Below are positions 45,568 to 59,970 of a stretch of DNA of 64,000 nt, piece by piece. The translations under genes were made by a program, and so were the position numbers. Below the pieces are notes generated by a model that did not search any database, was not told where the DNA came from, and worked only from the letters and a program-made list of their open reading frames with translations. The DNA lies in the NCBI GenBank assembly GCA_002189035.1, contig NEEC01000011.1, positions 1,054,001 to 1,118,000 of the forward strand. Reading direction: 5' to 3'. Every line of letters starts with the position of its first letter. The stretch's first letter is position 1. This DNA comes from Utricularia gibba. Taxonomy: Eukaryota; Plantae; Magnoliophyta.

Positions 45568-47155
45568 ACATTCAGAACAAGGTATTTGACAGGCAGGATA
45601 TGCCATCGTTGTCTTTATTCGCTCATATGGAAAAAAATATACTATATACTTTAAAAATACATTATTTCCCTTCCAATATTTTCACGAACAAAAAATGCGA
45701 ATTGCAATATTTTTATAAAATCTAAATCATGTTGAAAAGAAATGGTTAACACAGTTTGCGGGTCGGGGCAAATATCCATTAGAGGTGGGAACGGGTTGGG
45801 CGGTGCGCTGGCCAGCCCAAAGTCTAATTTCGGAAAACTTTTAAATTTTAGACAAATTTTAGGAAAAACGACCAAAATTTGAGAATACTTTATTTCAGAA
45901 ATTTTGTAAAAACATTGTAGAGACGTAATGCCATCGGTATCCTCAAAGTGGCCGGCGCCGGCCACCTCTGGATATGGTTGGGGTGTTCCCCGGTGGAGAA
46001 AGCAATAATGGTTTTAAATTTCATTATAATTTACGAAAATTTTGGATTTTCAATTCGGAAAACCAGCCAAAATTTGAGAACATTCTGATGAAATTGAAAA
46101 TATTGTTTAAAATGAAATATTCTTGAAATTTGTTTTCATCAAAATTAGAATATTATTTTTCAAGTAATTAATTATTTAATTAATTAAAATAAAATAAATG
46201 AGGATGTTGATTTGTGGATCCATGAATGGCCCAATGCCCATCTCAAGGAAGGAGCTCAAATGTCTCTTCCCATGTCGATCTTGCTTCAATTACCGGCCCA
46301 CATTTACCTTGCCTCTCTCTCAGGCGCTGTCTCATTGCTCTTTCCCTGAGCAGAAATTCATTCTGAGCTTCTTCCTTTTGTTTTCCGCAATTGTGTCAGG
46401 TATAACTATAATAACATTCACCAGGTTTTATGTTGCCTTCGTCAATGTGGGTTCCGTTCTTTCCCTTCTTTTTTTGTGTGATGAAAAGAATAGTGATAAC
46501 CGTTTTCTTGTAATTACTCCTGTTGGTATTCTGAAGTCCTTTACCTGCAGTGGATTCTATTCAGGTGCCATTCATGTTTGTGATTTTTTTTACTCAATAT
46601 GTTGCTCTCAAGTCTCAGTTATTTTGTGGTTGTAATGAGGAAGTTGTGTGATTGATCTTCTGTGACGCTCATAAAGTTTGCGGGTCAAAAAGCTCCACCA
46701 TTTGGAGTTTTAGGATATAAGTGAATTCATGTGACGCTCATAAAGCTGCATTTTCACTGGGATTCTTTACCTGAGACCATTGATATGTTTGATTATGTTA
46801 TTTATTGAGCATCCTTTTTTTTCCGGTAGTGAGTACGCGTGTCTAAAGAGTTTAGCTTGAACTTCAGACATGTTTGAGTACTGCATTTACTCATGTTTTT
46901 TTCTCCTGGTTCGGGACCTTTTGTTATCTCAGATGTGCAATCCTACAGAACAGAAGATCATATCCGAGAAATTCATGGGTATTAGTCCGATTCCTTGTTA
47001 GCATGGGGTTGTGGCTGAATGATCATAGATCATTAATGTGGCCGGTGGATGTGCATGGCTGGCTACTTGAAGAGAGTGTAACTGGTTTCAGTTGTCTTGA
47101 TCGCTCATGTCTTTTGGGTTAAGTCATAAATTTTTCTTCGGATTAGTTTGTAAGG

Positions 47156-50144
47156 ATGAAACGCTTGAAAGCGGATTCTCCAGGTGTGAGGAGGTTCAAA
47201 TTATCTTATGTCTTCTTGGGAATAGCTGCATTTTATTTGATTCTTCTTTTATTCAAATTTCCGGATTTTTTTGAGGCTGCATCCGTTTTGAGCAGTGATG
47301 GAAACGGAAACTTTGAGGAGCTAACTTTCAGGGATGTTAATGTTGAAACTAGTAAACCTGGTGATGCTTCTGATGGTTCTCATAGGATATTGCAGAATGA
47401 TGAAACCCAGAGTGATCTGGTTGCAGAAGAGTCGTCACATGAGCTTACCAAAATTTTTTCAATGAAGAACACTGCACAGCAAGAATACAGAGCAATAACT
47501 TCTGAAATACTGAAAAGAATGAATAGAACCGGTAACACAAGTGTGTTGGAAAGGGTGGCAAATGAGGCTCGTGCTTTGGGGTTGAAGGCTTGGAAAGAAG
47601 TGACTAAGTATGATGGGAAGGCAATTGACATGAGTAGCATTTTAGAAGGGAAACCTGAGTCATGCCCTTCATGGGTTTCAATGAGCAGAGAGGAATTGGC
47701 CAAGAAAGATCTTTTGATGTTTCTTCCATGTGGTCTTGCCGCAGGTTCTTCTATCACAGTGATTGGGACCCCGCACTTCGCTCACCAGGAGTATGTTCCA
47801 CAACTTGTTAGGACAAGGCATGAGGAAGGGTTGGTGTTGGTATCACAGTTCATGGTTGAGCTGCAGGGATTGAAGGCTGTGAATGGGGAAGATCCACCAA
47901 AGATTCTGCACTTGAATCCTCGGCTGAGAGGTGATTGGAGTCACCAGCAAGTGATTGAGCATAATACATGCTATAGAATGCAGTGGGGTAAAGCTCAGAG
48001 GTGTGATGGCATACCATCCAGAAGGGACGATGATATTTTGGGTAACATTTTAAATGTTCTGTAGGTCTTTTAAAAATCATTTATTTATTTTTTCAGAAAT
48101 GTAATGAGCTTATGGCCTAAATGCTATCTTCTATTGGCTTTTGGTATCTGCCTTTAATAAAAAACGGATCAAAATTGTTTTCAGTTTTAACTCTTTAGTT
48201 TGGCAGTTGATGGACATTTGCGTTGTGAGAAGTGGATGCGCAATGATATCATTGATGCTAAAGAATCGAAGATATTCTCATGGTTCCAGAGGTTCATTGG
48301 AAGAGCTAAAAAACCAGAAGTTACATGGCCATTCCCTTTTCGGGAAGGACGGATGTTCGTGTTGACTATCCGTGCTGGAATAGATGGATTTCATATTAAT
48401 GCTGGGGGCCGGCATGTGACATCTTTCCCATATCGGATGGTAGCTACTTGCATTCCATATTGAATTCCTGCATACCAGAGTACACTTTTCGTTTATGTTT
48501 AGCACTTGTGGCTGTGGTCACATGCAAACCCCATAAAAACAAGTGATATATTGGCGCCCCTTTTGGACTGTTGTTTGGCTATAATGCATTTTTTCAGATT
48601 TTGTTCTTTTTCTGTTTATTTTTCCCCTCACTGGTGAAATGACATTTTTACCGGTTTTTGGAATTCTAATGCATGTGGTATTGAATCTTTCTCAGTATTG
48701 TTGTTGCAAAGCTCGTAGGTGTAACTGTTTCACATCTATTAGACGTTCTGCCTTGTATTAGGTGTTGGTTTTTGTTCGCCATTTCATGGTTTTGGTATTT
48801 TATATTGGCTTTGTATCTTCAGGGGTTCACTTTGGAAGATGCAACGGGGTTGGCAATTAAAGGAGATTTGGATGTCCATTCAGTATTTGCTACTTCGCTG
48901 CCAACCTCGCATCCTAGTTTTTCACCACATAGAGTGCTTGACTTCTCAGATAAGTGGAAGATTGATCTTCCCAAGGGTCGTCTTCAGCTTTTTATTGGAG
49001 TTCTTTCTGCCACAAATCACTTTGCAGAACGAATGGCTGTAAGAAAGACATGGATGCAATCTGATCCAATCAAGAAGTCAAAAGTGGCTGTCCGATTCTT
49101 CGTTGCTCTTGTAAGCTATCGTTTGTTTCTTTCTTTAATGTGACTAACACATGAAAAAAAAAAAAAAAAAGAAAGGTAAGTTTGTAGTTTGAGTTGTGGT
49201 TATTTGCTATGTGCACTATATTGCCTGATGTCGTTGGAGCCTGATTGCTTGTCACTCTGACATTATGCAATGTTGCTTTAGAACACACGCAGTGAGGTCA
49301 ATGCAATATTGAAGAAAGAAGCTGCTTATTTTGGTGATACTGAAATATTGCCCTTCATGGATCATTATGAACTGGTAGTTCTTAAAACTGTCGCCATTTG
49401 TGAGTTCGGGGTATGTTGTTCAAGCTAGCTGCTTTTCTCCCACCCATAGATAGACCTCTCTCACCTTCGTTCACGGCATTTGCCTCTTTGCTTTACAGGT
49501 ACACAATGTTACTACTCCTTACATCATGAAATGCGATGATGACACTTTTATCCGGGTGGAGACCATCTTGAAGGAAATTGAAGACGTCTCTGATGGAAGA
49601 CCTCTGTATTTGGGTAATCTAAACCTGCTGCACAGACCTCTTAGGACTGGGAAATGGGCAGTCTCGTATGAGGTATATATCAGCTACTTTTCCGTGTGAT
49701 AACACTGAGCTATGAAGCTTGACCCTTGGCCCAATCTCTCCCAGGACTGGCCAGAAGAGATTTACCCCCCTTATGCTAATGGTCCCGGATACATAATATC
49801 ATCTGACATCGCGGAATACATCGTTTCTCAGCACACGAAACATAGCCTACGGGTTTGCCTTCTTTCCAAAAACCAGTGTTCCTTGATCTAGAGTGATTCT
49901 TGTTCAGAGCAAGCTGAAAAAAAGGGTGGTTGGTGTGCAGTTGTTCAAGATGGAGGACGTGAGCATGGGCATGTGGGTGGAGCAGTTCAACAGCTCGAGA
50001 AGCGTCAAGTATTCCCACAATTGGAAGTATTGCCAGTACGGGTGCATGGAGAACTACCACACAGCACACTACCAGTCTCCGAGACAGATGTTTTGCTTAT
50101 GGGACCATTTGATGAAAGGGCAGGCGCAGTGCTGTAACTACTGA
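47156..50144 (+). CDS. GALT2: Hydroxyproline O-galactosyltransferase GALT2-like (GT31 with galectin domain), 7 exons
   Basis: Exons 47156-48041, 48207-48439, 48823-49110, 49282-49410, 49499-49672, 49745-49852, 49941-50144. N-terminal [53 protein letters not shown] (DxD), [10 protein letters not shown] and EDVSMGMWV. Confidence 0.95.
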
Positions 50145-51311
50145 TCTCAATAGTTAGTGGTAGCGTGCTTCCTTTTTGCATCCAACATGGCTGTGGTGTT
50201 GTAACTCAATTCTTCAGGCTCCACTTGCCTCCTGTTGTGCAGCATGTGTATGGCTTCTAATGGCACATGATGCCTTTTGCCCATTTCGTATCATCACCGG
50301 TGCGGATTCGCATCAGCGCGTTTTATATAGAATCAAACAGTATTCATAATAAAGATTTCTAAACATAGTGAGTCAATTGCAATGCCATTTTTGGAAAAAT
50401 TAAAATATTCTTTCAAAGGACTTAATCCAGATGACACTCCATGTTTTTCATTTTGATATAGTTAAAATAACACGTTTTAAAGTCGGTTGTTGAATCAGTT
50501 AAGTGACGCCTAACACTCGACCAGTAGAATCGAGCGAATTTTACTTTTTTTGTACATTTTTAAATCTTTATGAAGCTATTTTTTAGATTCTGAATTATGA
50601 TTTTTCTAACTATTTTTATAATTTATTCTTTTTGAACTTTCATCTATTTAAACTTTTACATCTTATTGAGATTAACCTATTTATATAATTTTTTTGTAAT
50701 GAAATTGGTTGTTGTCTTAAAACAATTTTTAATTTATATTAATACTATAAAAAATTAAAAATAATGAAACCCAATTTGATGGGATCAAGTCGATTTGACA
50801 ACCAAATGGATTGATTGCGCTTGTCGAAGATGATGATGATGAAGCTTCTGGAAATGGCTTCGGTCCCACACTTTATCCATTCCACCCACAGCTTGAGCTC
50901 GCGGCTGCCCCCGCTCCGGCCTCCATTTTTAATTATTAAAAAAATGAACAATAAAACAAGGTTTAGTGTAAAGACATGCCTCGCCGCAAACAACTTATAT
51001 GAATATTTATTTAAAATAGGTATCCATCGACCCTATTTTTGTATAGCGCAGCGCGTTGCAGAAAATGACGTGTTTGGGCGAAAATGAGGTCACGTGCGAG
51101 GAGCAGTAGGACACGTGGGAATCGGCCTCGCAAGAGAAACAAGATACGTCACTTCTCTCTTGTTATTCCGTCGCTTCGTTTCCGCGAGAAGGCAACTGGG
51201 GAAAAGAAAAAGGGAGAAGAGCACTAGCTCCTTTTGGAACTGCGTTCAGGTTTTCATCCGGGGAATTACGGAGTCTGTGGAGTCAAATCTTTCGGTTAAT
51301 TGATGGTAAAT

Positions 51312-53969
51312 ATGGTGATGGGAAGCGAATCTGGGTATCGGAGCGGCGACAAGGCTTATGCGGTCAAGATGGAGATTGAGGATTCTCTGCAGGAAGAACA
51401 TGCCCCGCTCAATAAGCGCCCCAGAGTAACTTCCCTCAGTCTTTTTCTCTTCTTAGGTATTTGTAGTTAGTAGTTCGTCTTTTGGGTGCTGGGGATTTTG
51501 TATGTGATGAATTAGGGTGTCCGAATTCCGGGACTAAATGAGATATTTACTTAATTTTGGTCGGGATCTGAATAAGGTCTTTATGAAATTTGGGATCAGT
51601 TTTTCGAATCTTGTGTAATCTTCGATTGGTAGAGGTCGTGCTTAAAATCCCGTTCTGTGGGTTTCCTACGTAATTAGCTTTGTTGTTAATATACGAATGA
51701 TAACCCTATCCATTTCGAGTTAATTTTGATGTTATTGTGTACAGCTGACTTGGTAAATTGTTATCATTTGGTCCTTTGTTTAGAACCATTTAAACCTGCC
51801 TCTTTGGTATGGTCATTTTTAGTTCTAAATTTGGTACTATGTGGCTGCTGCAGCAGAGTTTGGCAATGGGTGGGTTGACAGTACCTCAGACGGAATACAA
51901 CCCGCTTGACGAGCCAAGTCCTTTGGGTTTGCGTCTTAGGAAAAGCCCATCACTTCTGGAGTTGATTCAGATGAAACTTTCAGAAGCAAATGCAACGAAA
52001 GTGGGGAGTCAAAGTCATGGAAAGAAAGAGTTGAAAAGTATCGCTGCTCCAGGTGATAAGTTGAAGGCCTCCAATTTTCCAGGTTCAGTTCTTAGAATTG
52101 GCAGCTGGGAGGTAAGCTTTCAATTTTTATAAAATCCTCCGGTAGAACGTGTGTATAAAAAATAAATTGGTTCCCCATTGCAGTATAAATCAAGATACGA
52201 GGGGGACCTGGTGGCGAAGTGTTATTTTGCGAAGCATAAGTTGGTCTGGGAGGTTCTTGACGGGGGTCTGAAAAATAAAATAGAAATTCAGTGGTCTGAT
52301 ATCATGGCATTGAAAGCAAATTACCCTGATGATGGGCCAGGGACTCTGGACGTTGTGGTAATAATTTGTTGGTCGTAAAGGTGTTTCTTTATGTCTAACT
52401 TCGTTTTGATTACAGGACGGCTGTAAAAATTTACTTTATTGTTCATTTTTCAGCTTGCGCGGCAGCCTCTCTTCTTTCGGGAGACAAATCCACAACCCAG
52501 GAAGCATACCCTTTGGCAAGCAACGTCTGACTTTACTGGTGGAGAAGCAAGTGTACACAGGTCACAGCTTTTTCACATGCTTAGCGAGTGATGCCTTTGT
52601 TGGGTGTTTGTTTCTGTATAAAAGCTTTCTCTTGGTGATTTCTGCTCTTTGAGATCGATTTTAAACATGTCTCATATTAGGCCATGTCCAAATAGTTTTT
52701 CTATATACTATCCAACATTCTTGCTATCTATTGCATTTAATTATTCCCCATGCTCATGGTTCGTAGTTTCATATTTTTCAGTAATGATTTCGTTTCCCTT
52801 TGAAATATTTGAAACTTCAAAGTATTCAAATGCGTTGGTATAGTGTTAAGTCATATGTGTTTTTGATGCTTGTCTTTTATGCTTTTCACAGGAAACACTT
52901 CTTAGAGTGCCCACCAGGTTTGTTGGGTAAACATTTTGAGAAACTAGTGCAGTGTGACCCGCGCTTGAATTTTCTTAGTCAGCAAGGGGAGATAGCACTA
53001 GATTCGCCATATTTTGAACCCAAAGTGCAAGTCTTTGATGATCAACCTTGTTCTAACAATGATCTTGACTTGAATAGAGAGGGTAGTCCTTCCCTTTTTA
53101 GTTTACTGGATAATGCCTCGCCGTTTGCTCAGTCCTCTTCCTCACGGAATGATGTCGAGAATGTCGCCAGGAGCACAGAATTTTTCACTCATGAGACACC
53201 TTCTCCAAGTTCAGGTAGTATTTGTGCTGAATAGTTTTCTGAATGTGATCATAAATCGATCTTCATTATCAAATCGGTAGAAAATAACAAATTGCATGTT
53301 TGTTCCCTTATGATCAATCTTCTGGTTGAAAATTGACTACCTGACTTTTACACTATTGTTTTGTGTTATGCTGTCTCTAGGATTGGTCATGATCTGGTTG
53401 TAGTAGAAGGTTTGTGATTTTGTGATCCATGTTTACTTTCAGCTCATCACACGTCCGCTGTCGAGGAAATAAAAGGTTTTGGATTCGACCATCTAAGGGA
53501 AGCCAGTAACTGGGACCAGATCATGGTCCCTGGTCTCCGTTCATCGATGTCAATGAGCGACTTAGTGAACCATCTCGAGCATCGGATATCTGAGCAAGGA
53601 AATACCTCAAACCCAAGCCTTTCCAGTGAGGACTGGGAGAGCCTACAAATGTTGGATGAAATCAACCGCTGTTTGTTCAGTGACTTCAATAACACTCCCG
53701 AATCCGATGACAAGTCCCTCATGTCTAGAGTCAACTCTCTCTGCTGTCTCCTGCAGAAAGATACAGCTTCCTGCTCAAATCCACCGGATTCCGGCACACC
53801 ACGAAGGGCCAACGATGACAAGAAAAACCCGGAGGCTCCATCTGATCCTGACCGAACAATGCCACGGACTGACTCTGTTGGCGATCTACTGCTCAACCTG
53901 CCAAGGATAGCTTCGCTACCGCAGTTCTTGTTCAACATTTCAGAAAATTTCGAAAGCCAAGCCCGCTGA
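51312..53969 (+). CDS. Conserved uncharacterised plant protein (At2g24100/At4g30780-like family by recall), 6 exons
   Basis: Exons 51312-51425, 51854-52111, 52184-52357, 52454-52560, 52892-53214, 53443-53969 join in frame with GT-AG sites. Motifs EPSPLGLRLRKSPSLLELIQMKL, LKASNFP, DLVAKCYFAKHKLVWEVL, QPRKHTLWQATSDFTGG, SRVNSLCCLLQKD and LPRIASLPQFLF. Confidence 0.9.
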
Positions 53970-55871
53970 GATCCTTCCTGATGTGCAGGTGTGATGTATA
54001 GCTGTGAGTGTCACTTAGATAGAATTGTGTGCAGTTCAGATTCGTTGTGAACACTGTAATGTCATGTACTTCACTCTCTTTTGTTCAATAACCAACACAA
54101 GATAGTCATGAATTTGGGACAGCCGGTCTTCTCAGTACCACATTTTCTGAAGCAAGGCTCTCATTATCACATCTGCTTTTGGGCTTGGTACCTCGATGGG
54201 CTCTGGTAATATGACTCTGTGTTAGCAGAAACCATGAACGGAGGAAGCAACAGGCTGCAATCAATAAGGAGCAGCGATTAACTAATATCTAAACCCAATT
54301 CCGGCCGTTTTTCCCCTTCCTGCTCTTATACCAGCAACTGACCTTCAAGAATGGACCACTTCCACAGGAGCGTCCCTTTTATCACACTGGGCCGGCATCC
54401 CAGTTGCCTGTATACTGATTTCTTTTCTTGTTTGGGTCAAAACAATAGGAGAAGAGGCAGAATGCACAGAGGACCCAAGCTTGCTACGTGAACTCATCTA
54501 GCAACACAGTAGAAGATAAGAGGATAAAAGCTTGATACATGACTCATCCAAGCATAGATTTATCATTTTTAGGCAAATACGGGTCTTTGTGCCCATTGCT
54601 CACGTGAAGGAATTGCATTCCAGTTGACTGAGATTGACAGATTTGAATAAAGTATAACCCAAGTTGAACCTTTCACAGATCACTGCACAAAACGAGCTGC
54701 ATACCTCTTGTTTATTATATCACGTGGTGTTGTGGCAGACAAGCACCCTACAGAAGAGTCCTCGTCTCCAAAGTAAGAAGGGAATACAGCGCAGCCAGTG
54801 CCTCAACACATTTTGGTGATATGAACTTAAAAAGTGCACCTAACCTTTTCCGGATGCTCATTGCCGTCATATACCATTCACTGAATAAATTATGTTTGTT
54901 ATATTTTAGCATATAGTTAAAAAGTCTCACAGAAGAAATATCTAGTTCGGCATGAATTGTGTTTGATTTAACAATAATTTTTGTTTGTGTGATATTGCTG
55001 CAAAACAAAAACAATACCAAATTTTATGTGAAGACATCAAAGAGAAAAAAACATGGGCGAAACATCACTAAAACATGAACAGATTTAAGGAAATCAATCA
55101 AATCATTTGATTGTTTATCTTAAACATTGAGTCATATTTGGTGGCTTGAAATAAGAAAGAATAGCCCTAATTAGAAGAGTGATCTTTTGTCCATTCCACA
55201 ATAATTTCAATTGATCTCTTATCAATATTTCAACAATGTCAAGTAAAAATTTGAGTGACTCCTCCTGCTTCCCCCATGAAAAGTATGATGAATGTGACTC
55301 TGTCGTTGGCACTGCTCTTTATTGGAAACTTCATCTCTGCTCTCGCTATCCGGCCACTGGCAGCCTCGGATTCTGTACTTTTTCGTGTAAGTGATCCCTT
55401 CCTTGGAAATCTATGTACCTAAACATGCTTCGAAAAAATCTGTTTACACTGTAGTTGGAGGAGGTGGCAAGGGAAAGGAGATTCCCTTGAGGAGTTGGAA
55501 TCTTGAAAATTTCCCGACGACGGTGAGCCTGAAGGCCAATAGAGGTGGTGGTCGGGCTGTTAGAGGCGGTGGCGGAGGCGCAAGCATCGGTCAGTCAAAT
55601 CCCGGTAGAAAAAGCACAAATGTTCCATGTGCACCAGCATGTCACCTCAGCTATAATAGTAGTCGGTGCTCCTCAGTTTTCTCCTCTAATGTCTGAATTC
55701 CCCAGGCAAAGTTGCGATGTTTCCAAGTTGGAGTGCCGCCACCTTTCCACTTCATTTTCACGAGAAAAATGCCTTATTTTAACATACGATATCTTTTAAG
55801 TTAGTTAAATTATACGTGTTTGATTAAGATATATTAAAAATTAAAAAATTAAGATTTTCTTGATTTATCTG

Positions 55872-56393
55872 TGATGGGGTGTAAATCGGCTGGGGATGGT
55901 CGGCTTTTGAAAGGCTGTAAAAAGGAGTCTTGACAGGGTATAACGTCAGTCGACAGGCCAATATGTGTCAGAAGTTTAATAGTGATGGCCGTCTGACACA
56001 GTCTGAAAAACAGCCAAATTACGGCAGAACAGGCGGCCGATATCTGAAAAGCAAGGTCGCATAGCAGGCGCAAAAGTAACCGACACCTGTAGATGCGAAG
56101 AATCGGCTAGACCGGCCTCCCCTATAACTAAAAAGAATCATAACGGAGGGGGGTGGTTGGATCCTAAGCCTCCCACCTGTACTCTCATTCACCACATCTC
56201 ACTAGTAAAAAATATTCTCCGGTGAGTTCCGATAGCTTCGTGGTTTTTTCCGTCTTGCGACAGTTTTCACGTAAAAAATCTCGACCTCATTCATTTCATC
56301 CAATTAAACCAAAACAGATCACGCATAGGAATATACAAAGGTTGCCTTTTCGATCACCCCCACAACCGGAAAATCAACCCGGCCCGCTCAACA
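55872..56393. mobile_element. LTR, second copy of the 31373-31903 family
   Basis: Colinear similarity from TGATGGGGTGTAAATCGG to CGCTCAACA; no TSD seen. Confidence 0.7.
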
Positions 56394-56849
56394 AATTTTT
56401 ACCCTTAACAATCTTTTTTGTAATAACGGACATTAATTACTTTAATATAAATATATTTTTCATAAAAAAAATTAAAAATAAAGATTGAAATAACAAATAT
56501 TGATATACAAATAAATGTAATAACTGTATATCTATCTATTGAGGATTTGATCATCAAAAGATTGTGACTTTGCTTGATTTTTCATTGTATTAAAATCCTA
56601 ATCTTTTATCTTGCTACACAAACTGATTTTCCAGAGGTACTAGTTACTAGATGTGGATGAATTTAGATTGAAAACCAAAAAATGTCGTAATGAAGAAAGG
56701 TCTTTGCTATTATTAACATTTTATGTTTGGCAATAAGTGGCATGGCATGCCCATATTCATCTTATCAATAGGGGAATATAAAAAAGTTACAAAAATTTAA
56801 ATAGAACTCAACAAAGACATATGTTCATATATAAAGAAAATATACCACA

Positions 56850-57300
56850 TTTAGTCAAATAATAACATGTATCACGTGTTACGATTCTTGATTGATCTAA
56901 GGAAATTTATTCTTTCAACGTCATTCTTCAATTGCATAAAAGCTTCGCAATATGATGCTTTTGTCAGTGCTATAGAGGCTATAATGGTTAAATTTGTATC
57001 TTGGTTCACTTTAGAAAGATGTCTAACAATTTTCATGCAATTAGGTAAAGTAGGAATGATAGTACCTTGATTTCTTATTGATGGGTTAGATACGTTAAGA
57101 GTAGTTAAAATATATTAAAGAGTATCAGTCATCTTGGTTGTAGTGTCAAGCGTCACCCTCATTTGTTTTTTGTGGCTTATCGGAGGCAGTGGTACAGGAA
57201 TATCCAATGGAATTCAACCGAATCTTTGTGTTCAACATACGTTATTGACTTATTGTAACTGATGGAATTAGACTAGGATCTTCATAACATATTATTTTTT
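56850..57300 (-). mobile_element. Possible Harbinger ORF1 C-terminal remnant
   Basis: LPNCMKIV...IALTKASYCEAFMQLKNDVERINFL resembles the C-termini of Harbinger Myb-like ORFs. Weak. Confidence 0.3.
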
Positions 57301-59199
57301 TCTAATGCAATGTCCACATATTTTTCTATGTTGGGAATATATCTTCTACTTAGTGGAGGAGAATATATATAGTACAGGAATTTCCTAGTTTTTGTGTGTT
57401 TCTTGAATTTTGGACATCTCACATGTATCAAAAGAATCGAAAAGAGATCGAATATTTAGATTTACAAAAACATCAATAAAAATAATTAAAAACGATACAA
57501 AATCAATGTACTTGATCACACTTATGAAATAACTCATACCATCAGATTAAAACGATGAATAAAGCTAATATTTTTAATCTTTGTCATTTTATTTATTATC
57601 ACTTTCAATTGTTTTCAATATTTCATTTTATTTTGCTCCTATCTTTTTTTTTGAATATTTGTCCATATCACTGTGATTTATTTTTTAATAAAATCATGAT
57701 GAGTATTTTGTTTACATTATTTAATTATAGCACAACCTTGAAGGTTGAAATTTTTATCCATCATATTTTCAGCATATACTTGTTTCCTAAAGGCATTTAC
57801 AAGAACTTCAAAATTAATGATATCTTTTCACAAATCATTTTCTTCTCCCATTTGCTTCTAAGAAAAATTACATCAGAAGCAATAAATTTTTTTGTGGTAC
57901 TAATAATGAATCATTTCAAAATCATTTGAAAAAGAAGAAAAAACGATAGTTTCAATGAAATCATTGTAATTGTTAAACAAGATTGTTAACACTCTTATAT
58001 AAAATCAGCATCATATCCCAAAATTGTCTTTCAAATACAAAAAAATAAAAGAAATTCAAAACCCAACAGCAACACCACTACAACTAAAACAAGATAATAC
58101 AAAAAATTGAAAAATGAGGCCAATAACATCTAAACAACTAATTGTTATGTAGGGATCTAAAATTAGCGTGCACTTTTGTATCACATAATCCGAAGGGAGT
58201 GTGAGAGAATCAAAAGTTGGCCTCAAGCACCTAAAGAGAAGGGCTTAAGCAGACATCGTTGAAAATGCGCATTCTGTCGAGCTCAATCGGACATCGTTGG
58301 TAAAACGCATTCTGTCTAATTTGTCTGCGGGATGTGAGATGTAGGGGTTAGATTTGGGTATAGGAAAAACATTAGTTATTGCAGGAGTTGAAATGACTTT
58401 GGTGATATGATTTATTTTATAATCCCACTAAACGAGTGACAGTGTTATAACGGTCATCGAGTAGCACTATTTTAGAATAATACCCTCAGAACTTGCACAA
58501 GAGGTCAGTCTTCGAGGTTTATACATATAGGTATGAACAAGTTTTAAGTAAGGTGGATCTTAAATCCAAAGCCACTTTTTGTGTTGTGTTTAAAACTTAA
58601 CTTGTCTTTTGTTTTCAATCTTTTTAAGTTTTTGTTTGAAAATAAAATTTCAATAACAATTTCCTATGAATACAATCTTATTTTATTATTTCGACGATTT
58701 CTATGCACTTACAGAATTACCATCAGAGTTGTACTTGAGGGCACATAAATGGTGGCAATAGGCGATGAGGAATGATGTATAGAGAAAAAAAATCTCTTAT
58801 TAGTCCTATTTTTTTGATCTATTGTTAGTTAGTTTTTCAAAGAGTTTGAGTTGTAGGTCATTTTTTCTTTTGTGAACAGCAACCACTTTTCCAACATCAA
58901 TCTTCTTTTTTAAGATCAATTTGAATGATTGTTAATTGTCTTTTCTTAAAATTGAAATTAAAAAGATTCTACTTGGTGCCATGATATCTCTCCCAAATTC
59001 TAATGATATAAATGCAGTGCAATATAATTATTACAACAAGGTACTCAATCATTGAATTTTTAGATTCAACGAATATCTCGTTGGAAGCTATACAGACTGT
59101 CTGAAATATCCCAAAGATATTATAAATGAGATAAGAGAGTACATGCAAAAAAGGCTGATGCATCCAATATAATTGCTGTTGTTCCTCCCCTTGATACGG

Positions 59200-59970
59200 A
59201 TGAAGATGAAGAGTTTATGCCACTATCTATGAGTGCTTCATACCGGTGTATCATAATGAAATAAAAAAAAAGAATTGCACTACAATTTAATTTCATAGAT
59301 TGATTTTATTGAGGGAATTGAAGATGTTGAAAATGCACACATATCAAATATTTCCAAAAAGAAGAGAGATCAAGATGTTTACATACGAATAGCATGTATC
59401 ATATATGCAATGCTATTAAGTATAATAGTGTTGCATATATGATACATGCTATTAAAAATATGAAGTCCTCATTCTATGATGAGTTAAGAGTTACACATTT
59501 GAAGAAGGTGGATAACGCAAGAGAAAAATTTAAAAAGTTAGGATCAAATTTTTGAAAAGAAGAATATGGATGCAGTTTGATGGAAGATAGTTGGAATGAT
59601 AGAAGGGTAATATTATTAATAAATTTTTAAAGTATTTTTAAGAAGTCAGTCAATAATTCAAGCTATTCTCACATGAGTAATAAACTATTTAAATTATTGG
59701 ACAAGTTTATTAGTGAAGTTGGTCAAGAATATGGTTTTCAAGTTATTACAAATGTTTCTGTAGTTAGAATTTTTACCAAATTTATAGCTCAATGATTTGT
59801 TCATTTATCGGAAAACTAGTGAGTTTGAAGAAAGTATATCATGAAAGAGTGGCTTTCAATGGATTCATCTATAACCAAGCAATTTTGTTAAATATGTTTG
59901 CGCTCTTTTACAAAAAAAGCATGAAATGATTAGAATGGAAAACTCTCATTTCGCAATAGCTTTCTGGTTT
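59200..59970 (+). mobile_element. hAT-related (DUF659-type) transposase remnant
   Basis: SFYDELRVTHLKK, YGCSLMEDSWNDRR..LINF, KLFKLLDKFISEVGQEYGFQVIT and FIYNQAILLNM. Confidence 0.7.

Noticed and set aside
46198-46635. 145-aa ORF upstream of GALT2
   Set aside because: Phe/Leu/Ser-rich translation of T-rich leader and intron sequence with no recognisable domain.
53447-53938. 163-aa antisense ORF
   Set aside because: It is the shadow of the plus-strand last exon of the uncharacterised gene.
55286-55380. Box C-like ATGATGA as a snoRNA
   Set aside because: No matching box D (CTGA) or terminal stem at a suitable distance.
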